A DNA stretch of 56,899 bases, filler included, from Jimgerdemannia flammicorona (GCA_003990765.1; 3 parts of 3 records of this genome joined end to end with filler, not necessarily neighbours in it), one strand, 5' to 3'. Shown: positions 38,002 to 51,348, counted from the first letter of the whole stretch. Notes: generated from the letters alone by a model not told the origin. Made by a program: numbers and translations.

Positions 38002-41000
38002 CCCCCCTACCCCTTCTCGATAAAACACCACTCTATCGACTACAATTCCCACCCTCCCACTACTCTGTTTGCATATCCTTATCACCAAACCATGCCACCA
38101 CCCCCCTGAGGGACCCCAACCTATCCACCATCCAGTCAACAGATCCCCCAACAGCTCCTCCCACCTTACAACCTTCTTCTGTAGGCTCATCTGCTGCCCC
38201 TCCTCAAACACAAATAGCCAATGTCCCGCCAGACTCACCCAAACTGCTAACACCCACCTGATAGTGAGCCAACTATCACCCACCCCCCCTACCAGCCAAG
38301 ATCTCAAGTCCTCCCAGCAATCCCTTTCACCCACTGGCCTGCGCTCTATACCCAGTCTATTCTCTATTTCAACCCAAAAGTCCCCCAAAACCTCACACTC
38401 CCCCAGCCAATGTTCCGGCATCTGCACCAAACCCCCAACTTGTCCTACATTGTAACACTCCTCACAATCAAAACAGCCACCATCCACCAGATGCCTGGTG
38501 CAGAAATTTAGCATGACGTTCCTCCATAGCATTCGCCATCACACCATCCAGAACTTGGAGGGAAGCCACCACCTCACCTCAGTGCTCTAAGCCCAGAGAT
38601 ACCAGCCCAGTCCCACTCCTTGCCAATCCTGACTACCTGCCAACTGCTTGGCCAAAGGTCTTGGCCAAGACTCCGCTGACACTCTACTCCATCCCCAATA
38701 TCAAAAGTAACAAGTGGAGTATCCCCCAGAAGTAGTCTATCCCATTGCCACATATGAGGACTCCACAACACCTCCCCCTCATTGCCTTGCCAGCGCAGAC
38801 CAATCTGGTGTGCTCCATCGACCACTCTCCACCAAAAGCCCTTAAACCACAGCCACCGAATTCTATTAAGCCCTACCAAAGAGAGTAGATCTCCTGAGGA
38901 CCCTCGGGGGGAGGTTCTCATCTCCCACACCTTCTGCATCAGAAGTACCCAACCCCCTCCTTGTAGTTCAGCTGCTCTCTTCAGCCACCAGGCTCGCAAG
39001 CAGTGCAACCTCTTAGGGAAATCCACAAGGCCAAGACCTCTCCTGTCCACTGGCATTGCAAGAGCATCCCAACAGATCTGGGACCTCCTCCCTGCCCAAA
39101 TCCAATCCCTAGCCGCCTTCATCAGCCTCTTTACTACCCAAGCTGGGAAGTCTAAGTGATATGCTACATACCACAGCTTAGGAAACCAGTATGTATTCAG
39201 AATTGATACCCGCCCTGCTAGAGAGATATGGCAGCCTCCCCAACCTCGAAAAACCTCCCCCCAAATAGCCACCCTGCTCTCTCACCATACTCATGGCAAG
39301 ACAGAACTATATATAGAGAGGAAGATGCTCAGATAATGTACCATCTCACCAGTAGGGACAATTGTTCCAATGATGTCCCCACCCACCAGTCCATTCCCTA
39401 GCACCATGGTCTCACACTTATGCTAGTTGAGCTTTGCCCCAGAGTGAACCTCATACCATTCCACTGTCTCCTGAAGTACCTTGACATCTGTCACAGACCC
39501 AAGGCCAACCACTATATCATCTGTAAAGGCCCCCACCTTCCATACTATACTATAGATAGAGAGCCCCACCACCTTCTGGTGAATCCTATCCATTAACGGT
39601 TCCAATAAGAGAGCATAAAGAATAGGGGACAAGGGGTCCCCCTGAGGAACCCCTCTCCTCAAGGTAAATACCTGACCATGGTGACTATTACACAATAGTA
39701 CTGCCCAACTACCCTTGAGAAGATTCACTATAGAAGCCCGAAATCCAGGAGGAACACTAATACAACCCAACACCTTGCTCAGCCAAACCCACCAGACCCA
39801 GTCATAGGCCTTCTCCTGATCCAAAAAGACCAACTTCCCATCCAGGCTACAGGCCTGGGCCCCTTCAATGACACCATACACCCAAGCAGTCCCATCTCTA
39901 ATAAGTCTTCCTCCAACAAAGCCCTGCTGTTCCTCCCCCAGAACCTGTTGGGTAACCTTCTACAGCCTTGCAACAACTACCTTAGTTACCATCTTCCTGT
40001 CCATATCCAAGAGCATGATTGGCCACCAGTTCTTCCAGTCTTCTCTTCTTCCCTTGTCTTTGTACAATAAAGCCACTAGCCCAAGGTCCTGCTCCCCAAC
40101 CCATTCACCACTCTGAAGAATATGATCACAGAGAGCAGTCATCTCCCCCAGAATGCTGGAGACCTTGACCATCTTCTTCCAGAAGTCCCATGGTAGTCCA
40201 TCCTCCCCAGATGCTGTTCCAGTTTTTGTTGCCACAAGGACACTCTGGACTTCCTCACCTCACACCAGCAAGGCCAAGTCATCCAGTCCAGCCACTTGTA
40301 GTGGCCTCTATTCTCCTAATGCCTCTTCAATAGCTACCTCATCAGCACCCCCTTCATCCTCACTCTACAAATCCTGTCATCTCTCTTTCAAAACCCCTAG
40401 AATTTGTTGTGTGCCATGCACTATGTCCCCATCAGCATCGAGGACATCATCCCACCAATGTCTCACCCTCTATGCATTGAGCAGATAGGATAAATATCTA
40501 GTAGGCCACTCACTCTCCTCAAGCCCCTGCCACCTTAGCCTAGCAGCCATACCTTATATATGCACCTCCTCCTCTTCTCTCAGCACCTGTTGTAGTTCCA
40601 ATATCTCCAATCTCACCCACACCAACCTTCAATCCTCCACCCCATCAGAAGTAAGCAAACCAGCTCAATCCATCTGCAATCTCCACAGCCTGCTGGAAGC
40701 ACACCTTGTGTGCTTCCTCCTTCTTCTCCCAGCTTCTCTCCCGGTCTCTCCCCAATAGACCCTTGTAGCCTCTTTCAATCTCATCCCTGAACACCCACTG
40801 ACAAACCCTCATACTGCCAGCATGAAACTTTTGCCTAAATGTCCTCTACCTAAGAATCCCACAACCCCTTCTCAGCTAGTAGGGAGGAGTTGAGGCGCCA
40901 ATGTCCAGGTCCATCTCCACTCCCCCCAAACTGCCCCTGTCCCAACAATCTCCAGTGATCAGACCATAGGCACCATTCCATCTCCAATACCTTCCAGACA

Positions 41001-41636
41001 TCTGACCCCCAGCATTCTGCTGTCAGAATCCAGTCAATCCTTATATCCAAGCCATTCACCCAATGTGTATAGACCCTAGAGTCACTCTACCACATTCTAC
41101 CCATATCCCCTAAGAAGCTCAACCTCTCCACCTCCTCCCATGCATCCAGGCCTCCACTTCTCCCTCCTGCACTCCTCCCACTATCAGTGCGGTCCAGACA
41201 CTGATCCTGAACCATATTAAAGTCTCCCCCCAATCACATCGACCCCTTCTGCCAAGAGAACACCCTCCTCTAGCAGCTCTTCAATCCAAGCAATCCTCTC
41301 ACCCCTAACCACAGAGTAGTAGCAAGAGCTAACCCTCACTGACTCCCACCCTGGCCACTGCCAATTACCCCAGACCAAACAGTCACCCCAGCTCCTGATT
41401 CCCTCCAAGTCACCTCTACCCTTCCTCACCAGAATCACCACTTTTTCAAACCAAGCAGATGCCCCGCCCCATTCCATAGTCCACCTCGCCCAATCATCCT
41501 CATCCTCACACTGCACATCCTGTAGTAAAAAGAGATCAGCCTCCAATCCCTTGAGCCAAGTAAAAATGTTCTTATGCTGTCCAGACCCCCTCAGCCCATT
41601 CACATTCAAAGAGAAAATATTTGTTGTACTGTTCAT
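38002..41636 (-). pseudogene. L3 ORF2: APE endonuclease, non-LTR RT, CCHC knuckle
   Basis: FSLNVNGL, LLQDV, RIDWIL, SDH (APE); LDQEKAYD, GVPQGDPLSPILY, AFTDD (RT); GRVSILNTYWFPKLWY; CEEC..PEHWLGEC. Confidence 0.92.
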
Positions 41637-41689
41637 AAGGAATAATGTAAGAAAGTATTCCCATCCTCTACAAGTCTACATTCATCTCC

Positions 41690-43707
41690 TTCTGCACCAA
41701 GTCCAATTCACATTCAGCAGCTAGTTCCCTTTCCCCAGCATCCTGTACCTCTAATCCTCCCAGGAGTTCTACCATTGCCTCATCTTCCCTCTCCTCAAAT
41801 TCCTCTCAATACTCCAGACAGGCCTCCCTCCAGAGCTGCAAACCATGCTGCTCAGCCCAGCAGTATATTGCCTGCTCACCTGCAGCCACCACCAGCTCCA
41901 CCTTCTTCACCTCATCAACCTCATATCTCTCCTCCTTTAAGAGGATTGCAAAAATCTCCCCCTTCAGTGCCTCCACTACTCTCTCACTATGCAGAATCCT
42001 CTCCCAGTGCTCCTCAGGCATAACCCACAGGTCCACTTCTCCCAATGCATCAGCCACAAGGTTATCCATCACCTTGCTCATCCACAGCAAGTTTCTTACC
42101 TCCTTCTCTTCAGGAGTCTCTGGCCGTCCTGCATCCAACATCGTGGTATCAGTACCCACACTGGCAGCCTCATCCCACTCCTCCTCAGGGACATCCACCA
42201 GCTCATTCTCACCAGCTGCCACCACTTGTCTCCCTTTCGCCACATCAGGGACCCCAAAACACACTTACTGGGCCCCCTTCATCAGCACATCCTCTGATGC
42301 CCTTCTCTTCACAGCTGGGCCCCTCCTGATCAGAGGGGGGGGGGTGGAGTCCAATTCTAGCTCCCAGACCTCAAAGGTACCATTGGCAAAAGGGTCCTTG
42401 CTCAGAACCTTCCCATCTCCTTTCTTGTCTACCTCCACCTCCCCTACCCTATTACTAGCCCAGACACTGGCCTTGATGCCCCCAGACACCTCAGCCCCAA
42501 CTGCCTTCTTCTTCGCCTCAGCTGTCATACTTGCCAGTAGCTCTCTCTGCCTCCTACGCCTCTGTGCCTGCTCCCACTGCCCTTTGTCCATGCGGATTCA
42601 CTTCCCCTCCACAACCTCCAGATGTGTCGACTCCTCATACATCTTCCAGGCCCTCGCCCTCCTCTCCACAGCTCCACTCATCTCCTCCAGTGCCTCCAAC
42701 AAGTCCTTCTCCTCCTCCTCACTCCCCTTCACCCTCAATACCTTACAGTTGAATGCCCCCCACATTAGCACAGAAGGCCAGTCACTTGCCTTCCCCATGG
42801 CCTCCTTTCCTGCCAGCCAAATCCTGATGTCAATGTCACCCGTCCTGATCATTGTTCCCTCCCACACTTGAAAGCTGATGTCCACCACATCACCATACTC
42901 AATCATCACCTCCTTCACCTACTTCCTAGTCTCCTCCTTGGTCACCATGGGCACCCCCTTCACCAGAAGCTGCACCACTCTAGGGTCCTATCACAAGCAC
43001 TGCACCATGGAGACTACTACCTCCCCAACCACAACTCCAGTCTTCAGTGCCTCATCCAGTGGACTGGTCTCCTCAAATCCCACCTTGACTCCCTCCAGAC
43101 CCTTCAAGAACTTCACTGAGGCTGCCCCAGCTACCTGCTTCGAGACAAGCTCCAGGACTATCCTCGCCGTCACCACTAAGCCCTGGAAGTACAAGGTCAC
43201 TGCAAACTCTGAGATCGACTTCTTGAGCAATGGGGTCACTGCCAGCCCTGTTACACCATCCGCCAGGTCTCCCTTCCACATCAGAAACCCCTGCCCCCCC
43301 TGGCCATCAGCTGTCATATCTTCTTTTTTTTCCTGATTCCCCATCACACTTCCATCAACAGTCACACCCCCAGCCACAGTACCTCCAGCCCCTACACCTG
43401 CACTCCCAGCTGAAGCACCACCCCCCCTTCCAAGGCTTGCCTTGCCTTTCCCCTCAGCAGCACCAGCCCTATTACCAGCTAGCCACTCACTCCTCTTAAC
43501 CTTGTCGGCAAAGCTCAGGAGACCAAATCTTCCCCTATTGCCACCAGACACTGGTCCCCCTCCAGAGCCTTCTCCATTCTTCAGCCTGCCGAAAGCCCCC
43601 ATCCCCAGGCCATAACCCCTTCCCACCTGCTGCCAGTTGAAGGCCCTAGATCTATCTGATCTAGTACATGCACCTGTATGATCATTGCTCTCCATGTTGC
43701 TAGTCAC
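41690..43707 (-). pseudogene. L3 ORF1 (Gly-rich N-terminus, RRM-like core, acidic C-terminus)
   Basis: In-frame pieces 42991-43707, 42598-42918, 42265-42591, 41806-42264; VQLLVKGVP..YGDVVDI..RTGD motif typical of L1/Tx1 ORF1. Confidence 0.75.
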
Positions 43708-43768
43708 CTTTCACCAAAATGTTGTCGAAAGTATTGTCTGAGTCTTGTGTCACCTGAATGTTACTGGT

Positions 43769-44826
43769 GTCTTCCTCACTCCCCTTCACCCTCAAAACCT
43801 TACAGATGAATGCCCCCCACATCAGCACAGAAGGCCAGTCACTTGCCTTCCCCATGGCCTCCTTGCCTGCCAGCTGAATCCTGACATCAATGTTATCCAT
43901 CCTGATCATTGTCTCCTCCCATATCTGAAAGCTGATGTCTACCATATCACCATACTTAACCATCACCTCCTCTATCCTCTTCCTAGTCTCCTCCTTAGTC
44001 ACCATGGGCACCCCCTTCACCAGAAGCTGCACCACCCTGAGATCTCATTGCAGGCACTGCACCATAGGGACTACTACCTTCCCAACCATGACTCCAGTCT
44101 TCAGTGCCTCATCCAGTAGGCCTGCCTCCTCAAAGCCCACCTTGACCCCCTCCAGATCCTTCAAGAACTTCACTGAGGCCACTTCAGCCACCTGCTTCGA
44201 AATAAGCCCCAGAACCATCCTCACTGTCACTACCAAGCCCCAGAAGCATAAGGTTACCGCAAACTCTAAAATCAACTTCTTGAGCAACGGAGTCACTGCC
44301 AGCCCCATTACACCATCCACCAGATCCCCCTTCCACATTGGGAGCCCCTGCCCCATCTGGCCATCAGCCATCACATCTCTTTTTTTTTCCTGATTTCCTA
44401 TCACACTCCCATCAACAGTCACACCTCCAGCCACAGCACCTCCAGCCCCTATGCCTGCACTTTCAGCTAGAGCACCACCCCCTCTCCTAAGGCTTACCTT
44501 GCCCTTCCCCTCAGCAGCACCAGCCCTAGTACCAGCCAGCCACCCACTCCCCTTAACCTTGTCTGCGAAACTCAAGAGACCAGATCTTCCCCCATAGCCA
44601 TCAGACACCAGTTCCCCTCCAGAACCTTCTCCACTCTTTGGCCCTCCGAAGGCCCCCATCCCTAGGCCATAACCCCTCCCCACCTGCTGCCAGTTAAAGG
44701 CCCTAGGTCTATCTGACCTAGTATGTATACCTGTATATTCATCGCTTTCCATGTTACTAGTCACCTTTCACCAAAAACATTGTTGAAAGTGTTGCCTGAG
44801 TCTTGTGTTACCCGAATGTTACCAGT
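43769..44826 (-). mobile_element. LINE copy L4: 5' UTR and ORF1 N-terminal half, abutted or interrupted by L3
   Basis: ORF 44045-44764 is a close paralogue of 42991-43707; same 5' UTR. Confidence 0.88.
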
Positions 44827-45431
44827 AAAAGGTGTTGACCATAGTGCATGCCTGAAGATCTGATGGATCTTAGCTGTCCTTGTTTTACGTATATCCATGG
44901 GAGTGGCATCTTATAGCTCTTGAGTACTGGCCTGTGGGAACTCCTAGCAGAGAAGGTTTCCTATTTCATACTCCTGCCACATTTAGAGGCATTTGGTGAC
45001 AATAGTGATCCTTGTTTCCATTTCATGGTGGTAGAGGATATAATGATAAGGGTCACTAGTACCCAGGTTAACACTAGGAGTCCTTCTTGAGTGGGTCCTC
45101 ATAGCTCTTCTGATGTCTTGGAATATCCTTTCTTTAACTGAGGTGCCTTGGTGGTTCCTTGACCTTGAGGTTTGGTGAGCAGCAGACATTTCATTTGTAG
45201 TAAGTCTTTGAGCTATTTTGGGATTGGTGGGTTTTGTTGGTTACTGCTACTGCAGTTCCTTGATCCTTATTTTATATTTCTCAAGATACTCATACTGTGG
45301 TCACAATGACTCACAATTGGTCATCATTACTCATCTTGTATGCTATATGATCTTCTTGTACTCCAATCTGGTGACTTGTAAGGAAAGACTGTCTCCTGTA
45401 CTGATGTCATCATTCTGAGGTCACCATTATA
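44827..45431 (-). mobile_element. Probable LTR start of a further family (E) carrying an accessory ORF, inserted in element C and interrupted by L4
   Basis: Element C pol breaks at EFIL*T (RNase H start) into TATAATGG (decayed TG.. terminus); ORF 44983-45189 plus continuation resembles the family B LTR ORF. Confidence 0.55.
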
Positions 45432-48400
45432 CTGTCTACAGAATAAATTCCTGAAACAAATCTGGTTTTCTGAGAATAGATACTTAGATCAGTCTAATCT
45501 TGAGCTCATCAAATACTTTCTGTTATCTACCAGTCTATTGAAACTTATCATCTTTCTTATTAAGTTTATAGATTGGGTCTATAATGTTGGAGAATTCTCT
45601 AATAAATCTATAATAGTATAAGGTAAGTCTTATGAAGGCTTGAGCTTCTGTAATAATAGTGAGTCTTAAATATATTATTACTACTTAAATCTTAAGAGAG
45701 TCTATATATATTCTCTCCTGATTAATAATATAGCCAAGATATGAGATCTCAATTTCTGTAAACTTATACTTCTTGGACTTAATATATAAGTTATAGTTTC
45801 TTAATTTCTCTATAATCTATTAGATATATTATAGGTAGTCCTATACTATCTTACTATAGCTAATAATATCATCTATATAAACCATTATATATCTTTCTAT
45901 ATTATAGTTAAAGATTTTATTTATCATTTGCTAGAAGCTTACTAGTATATTATATATTCTAAATAGTATTTATAGATAGACATAGATTCTATCTAAGTAA
46001 TGAAAGCTAACTTTTCACTTACTGTTTCTATGAGACTAATTTGGTAGAATTCTAAATATAAATCCAAAGTGCTGTAATACTGTACTTTGTCTTCTAGGAT
46101 TATGAGAATATCACTTATGAGGGATAGTAGTTAGTAATCCTTTTTAGTAACCAGATTGAGCTTTCTATAATTAGTGAAGAGTCTTGAGATGAATTTTTTA
46201 GGTTTGCTTTCTTTCTTTAGAGCTAGTATAACTAGTGAAGCCTAAGAACTATTGACTTCTTTAATGATATTAGTTTCTTTCATTTACTTGATTTCTTCTC
46301 TAAGCTATTTATAGTAAGCCAGTAGAATAGATCTTACTTTCTAATAGATTGTTTCAGTAACTTCTGTATCTATATCATAATAGTAGTATAGTATATTTTC
46401 CTTAATATTCTTGAAATCTATAGTAAGAAAATTCTCAAATTTATAAAGTATCTTCTTGAGTTCTTTTTGAGTGGAAATTTATTCCTAATAGTATAGCTAT
46501 ACTTATTTATAATTTTCTCCTTCTTGTGATCCAGTTCAGTGATCTTAGTACTAATAAAAACTTTTCTTTTTATAGATCTGAATTCTTTCCTTTCTCTTTT
46601 TATTTCCTCCAACTTCTTAACTTTTATGATCTTCAGCTATTAGACCAGAAAGATTAATATCTATATTAGTCAGTTCTTCTTCTTAATTAAAAATAGAATC
46701 ATAGAATTGTGGTTTCTAGTAATGAGTAGTATTTCTCTAGTATAATCCTAATTAATGACTTCTCCTTCAATAGTAATCTCACTTCTAGCCAGATTACTCC
46801 TTGTTTTGAGAATCTCAATATAGTCTTTTAGAATAGTTATCTCTAGACTAGTTACAAGCAGAGTGGTTATCTGGAGTTCAAGTATGGTTTCTCTACTGTA
46901 GTAATATTTATTTCAGTTGCATTTTCTGACTAATATTCTAGTAGAACTATATCAGAGTAAATCTTCTGAATCTTGATCTTAATTTCTTTTTCATTATTAC
47001 TATCTTTCAGAAGAGCTAATAGTTTATCATTCTTTTCCTCCTCCTTTTCTTTTTTCTCCTCTCTTATCTATTTCTTGAGAGCCTTTTATCTTCTTTGATA
47101 ATAGATCTCCTTGATTCTACTGATATACTGATAGTAATTATAATATACTCTATATAGTACATCCTGATTCTATGGAGATAGACTCTTTATAGTATATATC
47201 TTTCTATAATCTTCTTGCACCTATCTTCTTTGTTCATTCATTTAATCTTTTTTTTTCTTTTTCTAAGTGATCACTATAAGCTTCTTCTTGCTTATCTTCT
47301 TTTTCTCTATTTTGAGTAAGACTTCTTTATTAATATTAATAGAAATTTGTATCTTTTATCCATAGTAGATAATCTGCATCTTCTAGACATTTAGATCAAT
47401 TATTACCATAACTTTATAAAGCTATTGATTGCTGATAAGGATGTCATAGTTGGTTATATTAGTTATAATTATATTTACTGGAATAATTGCTCCTCTAAAC
47501 TTAATAGAGATATCTCAAATTTATCCCAGAGATATAGCTCTTATACTATCTACTATAATGAATACTAATTTAGTTACTTTTTCAACCTTCTATTCTAAAT
47601 AGTCTACTGTCTTCTTACTGAAGAGATATCCTCCTACTCTAGTATTAATGATGACTTTAAAGACTCTATCCTCAATATGATAGATTATATTGACAGAGGT
47701 CTTATAATTGTCTTCACTTTCTTCTCTAGAGTCTTCTTAAATATTATTAGCCTTGATTATCTTTCAATATTGATCTTTGATTATCTCTATAAGTCCAAAT
47801 CTTATTTATTATCTAAATGTGGAGATTTCTGATAGTTGGCCAAAAGTTGTATTGACTTTTTGTTAGCTGAGATCTTTAAAGATATTATACTTGAAGATTT
47901 TAATCTTATAAAGCTTCTTTTCCTTTTCTCTCTTACTGACTAAGATAGTTTCTCAGATAATATTTTCAACTACTTGCTCAAGCTCTATATCTCGGTCTAT
48001 TTGTTTAGTAGTGATTTTACTTTCTGTAGTTATCTTCACTTTCTTTTCTACTAGATTCTTCTTGAATCTTTCTAGTAGTCTCTTATAGGGCTCCTTGCAG
48101 ACATCTTTCTTAATAGTTTAAACAGAGTAGGCTTTTCAATCTTTTTCATCAGACTCCTCAATTTCTTTAAAGGTAATAATATTGATCTGTTCTTTATTTC
48201 AGATAGTATTGTTTAGCTAGATCTTATGCTTGGTTTTACTTATATATTTATAAAAGTAATAACATTTTTCTCTATAATTATAGCAGATATCTCTCTTCTT
48301 ATCTAAGATGGTAGCAAACTTCTGAACTGGGCAATAATCTCTCCCTCTAATTTTCTTTATTATATCTTCTAAGTAGGTAGTTATTTTAGTAAAATTTTGA

Positions 48401-49617
48401 TAAGTTTCTCTATAAAGTCTCTATTTCTCATTATTTTACAACTTTTAGCTATAGTGTGTTTTAATTGGCTATTGTGGTATAGATTATACTAGTCACCTTA
48501 GGTGTTTTAATTTAGACTCTAGTGACTCTTTCTATTATATAGTCTTATAGATATCTAGCTATCTAGTATTGCTGAGTATAGGTAATCTTTTATAGCAGAT
48601 CTAAAACTACTAGTGATAAGCAAATAGCTATAGCTATCTCTAGATAGATTTCTTTTATAAAGATTGCTTTAGCTACTTAGTGCTGAATAATATTAATATA
48701 ATTAGTAAAGATTATCTAATATTAGATTCTAGTGTAAAATATATTTATCTCTTCACTAATTCCTTAGTATATTATATTGAGCTAATTCTTTAGAGCTTAC
48801 TTAATCTCATCTATATAGTATATAGTTTGGAGCTAGGTGTTTTGTGCTGCTAGTATAGCATTATCATCTACTCCTATATAGATTATAGCTGTGAATACTA
48901 CTTTTGCTGAACATTGGAGACTAGAGGATATGAGAGCTATTTACTGTCTTGCTATCAGAGTCCTTATAGTAACATATTGCTCAAAATTATCAATAAAGAT
49001 GATGATTGATTCATCTGAAGTATATTTATAGAATACTGGTAGTTTTTTATCTATCTTATCTGGATATCTCAGTTCAGTTCGTATGGTTATTTGGATGATA
49101 GTGGTTATTTATTATTTAGCTTAAAAGTGAGAGATTTATCTTAAATCACTAGTTAATAAGTACTAAGTTATAATATAGTAAATATCTAATCTCAGAAGTA
49201 TGATAGATTTCTGTATCTTGAAAACTTGATCTTATTCTAATTCTTGTAGAGTCTTCAGAGTATAGAAGTGTGAGTTCAAAGTATATCTGTCTGTAGGCTT
49301 ACTAGTTCTCTCACTTTTTCTTTATTTTGAACTATTTTGATCTGAGATTTTATTCACTCTAGATATTGAGATATTTATACAAGTTTTTTAGCTATAGAGT
49401 AGCTAAGTTATAAGTTACTTTTGCAAATATTAAATATTTTGATATCTGCTAGGATTTCAATAATTATAAGAATTTTAATATCTATAGAATCTTAAGTTTC
49501 TATATTGCTAAAATAACTGCTATTTATAAGATTATATTATATTGAGGAATTAGATTCAGATACTGTAATCAAATCTATTCTTCTAATTTATATTACTAAT
49601 TCAGATCAACTATCATA
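45432..49617 (-). mobile_element. Highly decayed Ty3/Gypsy element C (5' LTR, gag, PR, dUTPase, RT)
   Basis: MVYIDDII at about 45861-45885; knuckle remnant ICYNYREKCYY near 48270; protease-like KVIINTRVGG near 47650; LTR-like 49165-49617 homologous to 3431-3880. Confidence 0.75.
46500..46940 (-). pseudogene. dut: Decayed dUTPase of element C (between PR and RT)
   Basis: KTRSNLARSEITIEGEVIN*DYTREILL (motifs 2-3) and RERKEFRS (decayed motif 5). Confidence 0.6.
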
Positions 49618-51348
49618 CTAGCTAAAATAGAATACTAGTATTAAGAAAAGATAAGAATATTTTAATAAAGTCTTAGTACTAAGAGAGAATTTCTAAGTAT
49701 TAATAACTATACTTAATTAAAATTTCTCAAACTTAAATTGATATTATCATAAAGAGTTAACTGACTTTATATAAGATAAAGATCAAAGATTAGGTAGTTA
49801 GAAATTTAAACTATTAGAGAAAAATTCTTATTATCCTGAGTAAGTCTACTAGTAGTAACTAATTTATATAAAAATACATTAAGCTAGTAAGTAGAAGTAA
49901 GAGTATATATTTTACTTTAAAGTCTTAAATAAGATCTTATATATTCTTAAGATTGATTAGTAGTTCTTAAATAGTATTATATTTAGAGTAACTCATCTAT
50001 TTGATAAGATATTCAGATTAGTAGTAGTAGATTCTCTTATTTAAATTTTTATAGCCTTATACTTAATATAGTCTTCAATAATTACAAAGGCAGATAGCTT
50101 GAGAATTTAATTAGAATAGAGTAGTAACTAGTTTTAAGTCTTAAGATAAGATATATATATTGTGATATATAAATAATATAGTATAACTAAATAATATTAT
50201 AGTTACTAGTATAGTTACTCTATTTTATAGAAATTGTATAAATAATCTAAATAGCTAAAGAAGAAAAACTAATAGTAAATATCTACTAAACAGTAAATAT
50301 TTACTAGATAGTAAATGTTTGCCTCTATAAATAGTAAACCTATAGTTAGCTATATAGTAACCAGATAGTAACCAACTTATATAAAATATCTCAAAGACTA
50401 GAGTGAATAAACCTCAGTCTGAAATTGAAACCAAAAAGTAAAAGACAAGTCTGTCTATTATACTTTGAGAGAGATATCTGCCAAAAGCCATTTGATTCTA
50501 AAGAAAAAGGTTTGCAACATTTAGGAGAAAAATCTACTCTAAAGCTACTTTTAGGAGATTGTGAGCTTGATATCTGATTCATACTCTGGTCTACTTTCTA
50601 ATATAAAGAAGCCTGCTATCTTATCACAAAGCCAGTCTAGAATAAGATATGAAGCTAGTCTCTCTATATAACTTTATACAAATAAAGCAGTCTTTGATAT
50701 AACTTTGTTAAGAAAAGAAACTTATTATTATTTAAGTAATCTACTACTTAAGAAAGAACTGCTATTTTTCAAGAAGTCTACCAATTTTGAAGAATCTGTA
50801 TTATCTAAGTTATTTGAGTTATCTACTAACTTGCTGCTTATTAAGAAATACTATTAATCATCTATGTAATATAGAGATCATTATATAGAAATTATATACT
50901 TTTGGAACAGAATTATTATATAGAAATTATATATTTTTAGAATAAGATTATCATATTAGAAATTATATAAAAAACGTACTTATACTATACAAACTATCTG
51001 TATTATCCAAAATACCACTATACTTAAGAACTATCCTAATTAGGAAATTTGTCTAAATTAACTACTGTATTCAGATTTATCTATTATATCACTAAATACC
51101 AAGAATATTAGATATTATAGAATATTTTATTACCTTTTAACAAAGTAACTAGAGACTAAAGTCAAACTATATAATAGTCTTAATCTTGTAATTTGTCTTT
51201 ATTGAGCCAGTATATTATATTTGAAGGCTCAACTGAGAAGATTTTCTTTAAATCTATATAACTTTTTAGCTCATAGAAATTCAAAAGCCAAACTAGATAT
51301 ATTTGATATAATACCAATCTCTATTACTATAGAAGAATAAGTCATTAC

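Larger units (their letters stand above)
38002..43768 (-). mobile_element. Near full-length L1/Tx1-like LINE copy L3
   Basis: Short 5' UTR, ORF1 (about 43707-41690), ORF2 from 41636 with endonuclease, RT and C-terminal zinc knuckle. Confidence 0.93.

Noticed and set aside
37954..38532. ORF running into the gap
   Set aside because: Its stop is the artificial linker; it is the C-terminus of LINE ORF2
42074..44393. Long Ser/Thr/Pro-rich ORFs (42074-42871, 42878-43336, 43935-44393; also 558-1133 and 16503-17216)
   Set aside because: Antisense shadows of the G-rich LINE ORF1; no independent coding signal
49620..50160. AT-rich intervals (also 3880-4255 and 14426-14930) as genes or centromere-specific motifs
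   Set aside because: Too decayed to assign; most likely old transposon remnants
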